Part shown: piece after piece, positions 27,064 through 37,728 of the stretch | Layout of the letters: the number at the start of each line of letters is the position of its first letter | Position numbering within the stretch: the stretch's first letter is position 1 | NCBI GenBank assembly: GCA_964304625.1 | Contig: OZ199840.1 | Coordinates: forward strand, 1,458,717-1,522,716 | DNA length: 64,000 nt | Direction: 5' to 3' | Source of the DNA: Kudoa neothunni | Lineage: Eukaryota; Animalia; Cnidaria | Made by a program: the position numbers and the translations under genes | Notes under the pieces: model-generated | Databases searched by the model: none | The model's input: the letters and a program-made list of their open reading frames with translations, nothing else | Told to the model about the DNA's origin: nothing

Positions 27064-27794
27064 GAGAATTAGAGGTTCAGATTGAAAAATAGTTCATTTG
27101 ATTCAATATTAAATTGCATTTATTTTTAAAAAGAGATTTTAAGCGAGTTAAAATTTTATAACTTTTCTAACGAAATATAATCAATTTAAATTTCGAAATA
27201 AATCATTTTTGGGGATAAAATTTACTGAGTTGAATTTTATTATGAAATCCCGATTTAAAAATCATCGAATAAAATATAAGTTATCCACTTAATGTTGCAA
27301 CCTATGTACTTATTTATTGCTAATAAAATTTATCACCTTCAAAAATTAATCCCAGAGTAATCTTATATTAATTTATAAAACAATTATAAATATCTTGTAG
27401 GTAACAGATTCTATCTGAATAATCTATAAAATTCACAATTCTCGTGGATTAAAGATTTTCGTCCTCCAAAAATAAACGATGTTTATATTATTTAATTATC
27501 GTATAACTTCGTACATTTATTTCTGAATCCGGTTTATATTTAGAATAGAGGCCGAATTTTCAGATTATGATTATAGATTATTAATTGGTTCGAATATTAA
27601 TCCTATATTTTTAAACCCAGATTAGCGTTATATTTATGTTATCATTTGCAAAAATGGCTTTTTTTCATTCAATATATTATTTTTGATATTATGGTTATGT
27701 ATTTGCTACAATTGAACACCTAATGCTTGTATGAAATATAAATTCGTTATTCTTATAAATACAGATTTAATAATAGGCAATCGTTAAGAATGAA

Positions 27795-28120
27795 TTATGA
27801 CAATCCAACAAAATTAGAGTTGTCCAACTTAAATTCTGAAACACATAAAGTATGCTTTACTTGAGCCAACTTAATTGATGGTATAACGTGTTGAAATAAA
27901 CGCAAGGGACTAGGAATTTTGTGCATTAATAGATTACTGCAAGTGCTATTGTGGTGACAAATAACGGTTTCTGAAAGTACCCTACTGATGGAGCAGCACT
28001 GATCAATACTCATCATTAAAATATTTGTAGGGTTCGTTTTTGTACGTTATCGCTGTTTTGGATTACAGCCAATATGATACATTTTTACAGTGGATCCAGT
28101 AAGTTCAACATTAGAACTAA
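27795..28120 (-). pseudogene. Possible decayed exon of an unknown Cys-containing protein
   Basis: After a tttag acceptor, about 107 codons are open except for one TAA (SNVELTGSTVKNVSYWL*SKTAITYKNEPYKYLMMSIDQCC...). Higher GC than flanks. No recognisable family. Confidence 0.25.
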
Positions 28121-29482
28121 ATCAAAATAGGAGACAATTTTAATTAGAAATATATAAAAAAAATTTTTCCATTAGAGTTACACCTTTTTGCGTCAAAATA
28201 ATCTATCGCAAAAAATGACGCAATAATTGGAACTATTTAACAATACGATGCAATGAATTAGTTGATTGGTCTAACCAAAACCTAACAAATCATTAAACAT
28301 TACATGTCAGATTAAGAAAAGCTTCGTTATCAATTCCACTCAGATAACCAATCTTATATACATAAAATATACAGTTTAGAACTATAATTTCTAAAATTTA
28401 AAAGTTTGAATCTAATAATATCAGTATTTCGAATTTTACGCATTTTACGCATTTTAAATAAATGAGCTCTTAATATATAAAATTTAATCTTAATAGCTAA
28501 ATCCTACCATAAATTACTTCAAACAACGATACGAGCTATTAAATATGAAGTCTCATAAAAAGATCTCTTAATTGAAAAAATTTAACTTATAAAATTTCAT
28601 TCATTTTTTAATAAATGAAAACCAGATTAGTAGTTTATTTATATTATTCTTTGTTATTTTATAAATACTTAATATTAATATGATTTTATTGCAAGAATTT
28701 TATCATCAATTAAGTATTTAATTCTTCACTTAAAAAATATCAGTTAAACCAATTTTTTTTAATATACAATCAGATTAAAGTTCCTTTAATGTTTACTTTG
28801 AAATATAGATTTTAAAAGAAACTAAAGAATTATAACACTTAACCTAACTTTAATAACAAATACTTATACTTTTATTATCTTTAATGTTACTAGTTGAAAC
28901 AACGACGCTGAACTACCTATTGTATTTGTAAGTGGATTAATTTAAACTACGATCCTTTAAGTTGTACTTATTAAATTTGAAATTTACGTATAGTTTTGTA
29001 AGAGATGTTATTTGATTTAAAAACTACGAAGAAAATCACACTTTTAGTTATTGGAGAAAGAAAGGAAGATTATAAGGTCGAGGAGAAGATTATTCTTTTA
29101 GATGAATTAATCTCGATGAAATAATTAATAAAGAATATTATAATTATAAAATAGATTAAAATTAAAATTTGTTTATTTTCGTCTTTCATAAATATCCTAG
29201 CACCGCCTATCGTAAGAATGACAATCGGCAAAAATGCCCAAATGATTTTTTTTCATAAAAGAGGTCGTCAAAAATCGTAACTCACTTGGGAAAGGTTTTT
29301 TGGGTTTGGTCGAAATTTCATAGCTGAAGGAATTTACAATAGTCTTCTTTTCAAGTAACTGAAAATTTTTTTGTCTATTTGATACTGTCGGTGTATTTCT
29401 TTATGGGGTTTTGGATTTGTTGTTGGTAGGTCTAATTATTCTAATACTTCCAAAAAGAATAGGCTCATTTCTGATTGTTTGA

Positions 29483-31583
29483 ATGGGAAAAATGTTTTAT
29501 ACATCAATCATATACAAAACTTGCACCCCTTTGTTGACTAAAATATTAGTACCTTACATCCACACAGTTATTCCAGTAATTAATTGTTATTATTTCTAGG
29601 GAGACTGGATTCATTATATCATTGAAATAATACTCTTATTGTTGGTTTACGCGTTATATAAAAGGAAAGTTTTCCTTTTCAGCACTATTGAACGTTGTAA
29701 ATTGACAAAACACGTAACTTTGGCAACTTTTATCGACTATAGCTATAGCTATATCGATATTTATTTTTATTATTAGGAAGAGGAAAAGTTGTTAAAAGAA
29801 TGGGTGCCTCAACCGTTAGTGCCGACCAAATTTCAACCTTCCACCAATATCACAAATCCATTCATAGTACACAAGTTGGTGCAGTTTTTTGAGTGTAGAA
29901 AAAGCTATTATTGTGTTAGTATATCTGGAAAATATATTGCTTTCGAGACAGGGAATGATGCCGCTTCAAAGAGGATAATTAAATGTCTTAATTTCGCGTC
30001 ATTTAACACCTACGGCTTTATTGGAGACGAATCAATCGCCAACAACGCCAAAAACGTGGTGAGAACATGCGGAGTGGGCTCGTGTGGGCCAAGACAATTT
30101 TTCGGTACCAACGGTATTGAACATTAGAAATCATTAAAAAGTCAATTTCTTATTCAATAATTTACCCTTAGAAATACATTTGAAGTTAGAAGAAAAAATA
30201 ACACAATTTATCGGCCAAGAATCCACCATTTCACTTTGTTTTGGATTTCTTACAGCCGCCAGTGCCATTCCATCATACGCCAAAATGAGTGATATAATAT
30301 TCTGGTGATTTCTTTGAACAGTGTTTAACTTTTTTTATAACTTTTTAATTATGTGTAGCGATGAATACGTCAATATGTCTATACAAATGGGAATCAAATA
30401 CAGCAAAGCGACTGTTTATTGGTACAAACACAACGATATGGACTCATTGGAAGATCTAATCCACTCGGTGTTTTCCAAGTTGTGTAAGGTAATATATATA
30501 TATATAACTTTATCTGCTAGAAGAATATGTATCGTCATTGCGTAATGTCGTAGAATAAAAAAGAATTCCAATCCACACGATGTTTTATCATAACTGAAGC
30601 TATTTTTTACAACTATGGAGATATGGTGGATCTAAAACGACTGGTACTTCTATTTAAATAAATTTATGACAAATAACCAAATAATTAGCCTTATGTCTAA
30701 TACCGACCTTGATTTTAGTTGGCCATCAAGAAAAAATATAAAATACGCGTCTTTATTGACGAAAGTTTATCATTTGGAATGATAGGGAGCACCGGAAAAG
30801 GTATTAGCGAGTATTACAGCGTTGATATCAGCGCTATCGATCTCATTTCATCATCATTGGAAACTTCTGTGGGAAGTGTTGGAGGCTTCTGCAGTGGATC
30901 CGGCTACATAATTGAAAGACAAGTATAAAATGAGACTCATATTTAGAAATTAAATAAATGGGGGTTTCTATGATGACATTTTAGCGATTATCAAGTGCTG
31001 GTTATGTTTTCTCAGCATCTCAACCACCAATGTTTGCTCAAGTTGCAATAGATTCCATTGATATGCTGTCCAAAAATCCAGGTATTCGTTCCATTATACA
31101 GTTTTTAAATTATTTCTCTTATGATAATTAGTTTACATTAAAAATCTCAATGATAATTCTCAGCTCTTCTACGAATCCCTTATTCTTCGACTTCCTTTAA
31201 ATTATATTGTGCATGGAAAGCCACCCTCATGCGTTTTCCATATCAGATTCCTTAATCCTTCGGCTGATAGGAATGAAGATTTGGCTCTTTTTGAAAAGGC
31301 GCATCAACAAGTATGTTTAAAAAATAATTGTTAAATAATAAAATGACAATATTTATAGCTTATCACCCATTTTCAAGTTGCCACATGCTGCTGTAGGTAT
31401 CTAGATAAAAATGAGCGCCATCTTCATCCTCCTAGGTAAATTACAAACCATTATTCCCACATGCTTTCAATTTATGAACTATTGAACAACTTATACTTTA
31501 GTTTAAGGATTATTATCAGTGCAATGCTTGATGAAAACGATATTCAAAATAGTATTGATGCTATCGTTAAAGTTTTACAATGA
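29483..31583 (+). CDS. SPTLC1: Serine palmitoyltransferase subunit 1 (LCB1), ~11 exons
   Basis: Spliced protein contains HYIIEIILLLLV, EWVPQPLVP, CLNFASFN, GVGSCGPRQFFGT, ASAIPSYAK, IDESLSFG, SSLETSVGSVGGFC (no PLP lysine, as in LCB1), RLSSAGYVFSASQPP. All introns GT-AG and frame intact. First donor is ambiguous. Confidence 0.93.
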
Positions 31584-31914
31584 GGAATATCATTCAATTA
31601 TTATATATTCATGTGTTGCATGTTTTGAATCGAATTTGCACCCAAATCATTAGTCGAAAGCGATTTCGATTAAATTTTCAAATACTTTTATCTAAGAATT
31701 TTGTCATAAAATATTTATGATAATTCAGAATTTCTCTTATTATTTTAAACTCCCCCTATTACATCTATTAATGGAATTTATCTAACGAAGACATAAAGCA
31801 AATTCGCTTTATTATATTTAAATATAAATGCTTAAAAATTTCGCAAAAGAAATATATTATCATAAGTATATTAAAATATTTTTTTAAATATAAAAGAATT
31901 TCCTATCTAATATG

Positions 31915-33013
31915 GCTGCATATAAATACAATAAACAGCCTAGATGAATTGTGATAGATTAAACAACTACATGAAAGTATAATATTTTGTTTAAAATAAA
32001 AAATATTGTTATTCATTTGGATAAAATTCGTGAGACACTTTGAAATTAAGTTCATAGTACACGAATGGTTTTCCTACCTCAAAACACCATTAGTGTCTTG
32101 TATACGGTGGATCAAGGAATCATCAATTCGTTCAAAATTTTATATAAAAGACAACGAAAGGATGATTCAATGCTTTAGAAAACATAGGTAGATATATTGC
32201 TTCATCAAGCTTCTTGAATTTCTAGACGCCTTTCCTCTATCGAAGAAGACCCGGAAGTTGGCTGAGATTGAAACAATCAATTCTTTTAAAAAGAATCTTT
32301 ATTTTTCTCTATGAAGAATGAAAATTTATTAAAATAATAAAGCCATCAATGGCAGTGGATTGATCTTAAATAAAGCGTAAAAAAAGATTGAGGAGGAAAC
32401 CAATTTTTATAGAACAAAGTGACTGTGATATCCAAAAATGTAATTTTTCACCGAACAATATGGACTCATCAGAATCTAAAGTTTTTGTTCTAAAAAGGCT
32501 TACATCCACAAACATATTAATTATTACTCATTAACAACGTAAAATTAAAGGAATTCTCAATCAGATATGATCCCTATTAAAATTCATCATGGCCTAATTC
32601 TAGGTTCCACGCTGTATCACGAATGAATATGCTAACTCCTATTTTTAATCTATTTTTTGTATTTTGAACTTTTTTATTTCATTTTTTTCTAAAAACTCAC
32701 GTATAGATTCTGAATTAGACTTTAGTTTGATGTTCGTTTTATGTACGTAGCTCATAGTTCCATTGCCGGTCGATGATGAATTTTCCTATTCTGGTTATTC
32801 TAAAATTACGTCAAATATACCGCTTAATTATTAAATCAAAATATTTAGCTAGATAAAGAATTAAGTATAAACCAGTTTCAATATAATGACATTTTTTATT
32901 GAATTTATTTATAACCTTATTCATGTATCGAATTATTTTCATTAATCATAAATAAACCGAGGATTGTTTGTCTTCGGCTCAATTTATATTATTTAATTGT
33001 ATCCATAAATTAT
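31915..33013 (+). repeat. Upstream segment co-duplicated with the Kunitz genes (other copies 40615-41719; partial 43470-43846 + 46104-46372)
   Basis: Alignable by eye, for example CCTAATTCTAGGTTYCACGCTG and TTAGCTAGATAAAGAATTAAGTATAAACCAG occur in all three + strand units. Confidence 0.9.
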
Positions 33014-34484
33014 ATGAATTATTCATTTTGTAAAATATTTTTTCTCTTATCTATAAAATATTGCTTTTCAGGTTCGGTCATTTAATTATCTAATTTGTTT
33101 CAATTTATTCTTCAGATCCTATATTACCATCCTATGAAAGGGATGAAGGGGATTGGCCTATAGGGGGAATAAGAAGCATGGAAAACGTTATTGATCGTTG
33201 GTTTATTGACATTAACGATGCCAAATGCAAACCTCTCGAATACCGTGGTATCAAAGGAAATTACAACAATTTCGCATCAAAAGGACTTTGTGAAATGCAT
33301 GGTAAATTATTTTGCAAGACTACCTTATTACGATAATTTAAGGTAAATTAACCGAAAGAGAAAAACTTCAAGGATGCAAAAAACCAATGCATCCAGGACA
33401 CTGTGTAAAAAATGAAATTACAACAAAATGGCACTACTTTGACCAAACTTCTGCCACATGCGTTGAGTTTGAATATAATGGATGTGGTGGAAGTTTTAAC
33501 AGATACGAAAATAAAACAGAATGTTTGTTATATTGTTTGAGTAGGTGATATATCTTTTTGAATTTATATAAAATAATATATCTTAGATAAAAGGAATGGA
33601 GGTCTTACCAACGCTGATGACAGAAAAATATCAGCTGATATAAAAATCCAAGATTATAAAGTACCAAATTATTTGGATTGTACATTGAGGCCAGACGTCA
33701 AAGACAAAGATCCTAGCACAGGAATTATTGCTGATATTGGGAAGCAGAAATGTGCTTATGCTGCGGTCTCCGTGGATTCGAACACAAGAGGAATTTTTGG
33801 CTCCTTTCATGAATGTGTTAACAAATGTTTTCGTACATTTACTAATTGCTATAAATTTTTGATCTATTTTAGCATATGACTACGATTCAACAATTTCACA
33901 CGAAAACCAGCATAAAAAGAAAGTCCAAGCGTGTAAAAGTGCCCCTGATCAATATGCAGTGACAGAAGGAAAGAATATTGTCGACAGATACTATTATGAC
34001 TCGGATGCTAAATTATGCAAACGTATGGAAACAGGGCCGGGTGATGATACTTTGTCGGAGTTCGACCCAACTAAAAATAACTTCCCAACTATGGAAATGT
34101 GCCACAGTTATTGCGGTGCGGGTATTATTTTTGTTATAATTTTGACTAAATTTAATCCAATTAAGGCTTAATGATAGTAATTATGAATTTCATAGAATTA
34201 TATTATGTAAGATAAATTTAGAAAATTATAAAAAGCAAATAGTAATTGAAGAAACGTGTACCAAACCTAAAGAGGGAGAATGGGAGTCAAAAGTCGCAGG
34301 AAAATTTAAAGTTAAGAGATTCTATTACAATCAAAACAACCACAAATGCATAGCATTTAATTACAAAGGTTATGGTGGAAATTCAAACAACTTTAAAACA
34401 GGAGACGAATGCAAAGCTATTTGCGAGGGTCATTATAACCAAGGTAATGACGTCAAGATTGAATCTACCGTCCCCACAGCATGA
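33014..34484 (+). CDS. Secreted five-Kunitz-domain protein, copy 1
   Basis: Exons 33014-33071, 33116-33301, 33343-33540, 33587-33832, 33873-34121, 34222-34484 with phase-1 GT-AG introns. Signal peptide MNYSFCKIFFLLSIKYCFS, then one Kunitz-like domain per exon (e.g. FEYNGCGGSFNRY, FNYKGYGGNSNNF). Confidence 0.92.
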
Positions 34485-34729
34485 GATCCATATAATACAG
34501 GACACCTAACACAAGAAATTTAGCTAACATTGCGGTTTATTACTATTTTCTACGCCATCAAATTGTTTCATTAGATCATTTTGTTATTACTTTAACATCA
34601 TGAAAGAGCAGCGAAATAAAGTTATTGATATATTTTTTATCAAATTTTTTTCGGCACTGGCTATTGGCATGGTAATCAAGATCTCCATAATCGCTTCTCA
34701 GTTTTCAACCATATTTCACAAACTAATTA

Positions 34730-35322
34730 CCGTAAATCCTTGTGTATAAGACGCACCCGTGAACCTTAAATTTTGTTTAAAGTTTGGGGGTTAACGTACA
34801 TTTTAGAAAGTGCAAATGCTGCAGATAATTTATTCAACAATAAGACACTAGGAAATATCCAGCATTTGTACTCAAATAACGTGGTAATTAGCTTTGGTCG
34901 TTGTCATACGACATCTCTAACTCTTGATTCCATTCGCGGACTTGTTTTTCATTTATGCTAAAAACAACAACAGCATTTCGGTTGGTAGTTTCCAAAGCCA
35001 CATTCACTACTTTCAACTTACACGAGGAGTCGTATTTTGACCTTCTCGATGACATAGTTTAAAAATGTGCTTGATTATTCTTAATTTGCTCAATATAGTT
35101 TACAACAGACTTGACACTTTCTCTGCAAAGCTGAGATCACTCCCTGATGGATTGCAACTCTGTCAGCCAACCCCTTCGTGTGACGACACACAGACGGTAG
35201 ACTTGGCGAATGACTTATGACTAGGTTAAATTAAGTGTGTTAAATGAATGAACGAATGTATTGGGGTGACGGATAAAATTAGTTTGGCATGGCGGGTGCG
35301 GCTTATACACGAGAATTTACGG
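34730..35322. mobile_element. pogo/Tc2-type non-autonomous element
   Basis: TA flanks. TIRs CCGTAAATCCTTGTGTATAAGACGCACCCG / CGGGTGCGGCTTATACACGAGAATTTACGG. Confidence 0.88.
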
Positions 35323-35599
35323 TAGCTGATTTTTTTCCTACAAATATAAAATATATGTTTATCGTCGTGAATACCTCATTAAACAGAATAAGATTTTTAA
35401 AATCGTAAATTTTAAGTTATTATTAAAGCATATGACTCTATTAAAATTCATTATAACAGTAGTTCCATAATAAACGACGAATGGTCCACCGCCATTATTC
35501 ACTGGGTTGTGTGCGAAAAAACTAAGCCGCGTGTCGAGGCTCGCAATTAGTTAATTACACGAATTTATATCAAAAATATATAAATCTATTTTTAGTTTT

Positions 35600-37113
35600 G
35601 GCACTAGTAGAGAATTGTGGACCGTGCGTAGTACTGTAATAATCCGTTAATCTCAAATTTGCGCCTGCAAAAAATAGATATACATTTATACACAAAAAAA
35701 AGTTTCTAACGCTATCTGAGTTAATATATTATTCATATCCGATATATCATCACTGGCGTAGATTTCACGCCACATAAACTTGCCAAGATGACTTGCGAGA
35801 GTGGAAGTTTGGACGCTTGCCATCCTTTTGAATTTCCTCTTACAATTTTTCCATTAACATTCCACATTGTTAGTATGGACTCCAGTTACTGGACCTTTAA
35901 AATGCTTGGAGTGGTTCATTGTAGAGTGTTAATAGGATGGATCAACAGGAATATTTTTGATTTTATTATACGACGGCCACTGGTCAGAGTGGATGATGCT
36001 TCCCAGCTTAATGGATCTTTGGATGTGCCGTGGACAAATAGCACATTGATGCGACACTCGGACTCAGAATCTTGAGGTAATGGGTTCAAATCCGCCGGTG
36101 GTTAGACTACTGCTTCCGTGTCGGGGGGTCTCTATCCCATATTTGGGAGCTTTGGTTAACGTGTACGCTCGCTGTGGAGTAGGATGCACCGGCAGCCAGA
36201 TTTGCGTGAATAGGAGTTTGAATCTCCGGAACCCATCGAAAGGCAAAGTTATTTGCAGTTCCCACAGAGCCAACGTCCTTAAAGGGATAGGGTTTGGGAT
36301 GATGGTCTCCCTGAGACGAGGATGTTTAGTGGGTTAAAGTCCCACACTACCGCATAAAGATAAGCGACGGGGTTTCATGTTCATCCTGCGGTGCCTAAAT
36401 CGTTAATGGAAGAGTTCTGACCAACCAGAATTCCACAACCTAATAAGTTGCGCCAGGGGTTTTACCTTGAAAAAAATAGACCTTTCCACATAATGTAGAA
36501 ATGTATCTTCAGTTCTATCCTCAACAAGCACGAGGAAGCCCCGTTCTTCAACAATGTCGTATTCACCGAAAACCAACCTCTTCTTAGGCCATCTCCTTAC
36601 ATTATTTTTTGTTTTGGCCATCAATAATTCATCTATCTGAACAATGTGACCGGTACCACCAACTTTGTAATCATCCCTTATCAGTGTTCTAGAGCAAACG
36701 TCTCTAAAATACTGATGCCATCTAATAATGGTCTTCTTATCCAGAGAAAATTCCTCGCTGACCTTGAAAACCGGTCGTTCAGTGCCCCATGAGTAGCATA
36801 CTTTTACAAAATCTCGAAAACTTAAATTCGAATTATCAAGGTAAGTGTCCCTTTTAATGATGTTTTAACGTTTTTATGAGTTGGACATCTATATATTATG
36901 GAGCTGCGATATTTGATGATACTCATTTGTCTGCCACAAGTTGTGCATGATATTGGATTTTGTTTCAGAATATTTCTACTCTTCAAAAATTCAATGCTGG
37001 CGTCTTCTGGTACTGTTATCGATAAAATAAAGTCGAAATTCATTTTCGCGCGATTAAAAGTTTCGTAATCACTTAATCCTCTTAATCCGGATCCACAATT
37101 CGCCGCCAGTGCC
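35600..37113 (-). mobile_element. Merlin/ISXO2 (IS1595-like) transposon, interrupted by a SINE
   Basis: TIRs GGCACTAGTAGAGAATTGTGGA / TCCACAATTCGCCGCCAGTGCC. 8-bp TSD ttagtttt/ttaatttt. Transposase CTTCG...YRCPTH, GGTGHIVQIDE, ERSI|KLGSIIHSDQWPSY, TGVHTNNVE. Confidence 0.92.
36021..36474 (+). mobile_element. tRNA-derived SINE
   Basis: A-box-like TGGACAAATAG (36031), anticodon-like hairpin CTCGGACTCAGAATCTTGAG, B box GGTTCAAATCC (36083), A tail, and 11-bp TSD aatggatcttt (36010) / aatagaccttt (36475). Removing it rejoins the Merlin transposase. Confidence 0.85.
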
Positions 37114-37401
37114 TTAATTTTTAATATTAATTTTAATTTTGGGGAATTAACCTCAATTTTTTGTATATTTGTAATATATGATGCTACGGATATTTTATGA
37201 TTATTATTAGATATTTAATTGTGAAAATAAGAAGGTAGCGACAAGAATTAAGAGGTTAATTGGAATAAAGATCCTAGAACCAATGTATTTGAAATCGTTA
37301 TACGTTAGTTTTAATACTAAAGGATTTAAGTTTTATTTTAAGGCAATGCTTCTTATATGATGTATGAATTCGCATGACCACGAAATTTTAAAGTCATAGT
37401 T

Positions 37402-37563
37402 ATGGAGCTAACAAGTCAATGCAATGACGATAAAATTTACTTTGAGGTCGGTAAGAAGTTCCCCATATTTGATTCACTACGTGAAACAATTTATGCTTTT
37501 GAACAGAATAAATGTTGTAATCTTGAAATATACAACTCGAGATCACTGGAAAAAAATACTTGA
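37402..37563 (+). mobile_element. Second ZSWIM3-like/MULE N-terminal remnant
   Basis: Frame not in the ORF track: MELTSQCNDDKIYFEVGKKFPIFDSLRETIYAFEQNKCCNLEIYNSRSLEKNT*, which aligns with the ORF at 9872. Confidence 0.5.
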
Positions 37564-37728
37564 GCTAGTAATTACTTTTTTATTTATCATAAAAGTTAAT
37601 ATATTCAAAAACTCCTACAAAGAAAATGGAGAGATTTTAGTTTGTGTTTGTTTCTATTTATTACAGAAGTTAGTGAAGTCGAAGATTCCTGCAGCAAACA
37701 AGGCGAAAATTTTTCAGGTGATAGTTGT

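Noticed and set aside
29731-29759. Palindromic TATCGA..TATAGCTATAGCTATA..TCGATA in an SPTLC1 intron
   Set aside because: Short TATAGC repeat expansion, single occurrence, no functional clue.
29875-29919. Insertion in SPTLC1 (and MSFKLGLLRNFSQG in Kunitz copy 4) read through by the ORF track
   Set aside because: These are stop-free GT-AG introns of 45 and 42 nt; paralogues and homology support splicing.
35788-36337. Plus-strand ORFs of 95 and 85 aa
   Set aside because: Antisense to the Merlin transposase or chance ORFs within the GC-rich SINE.
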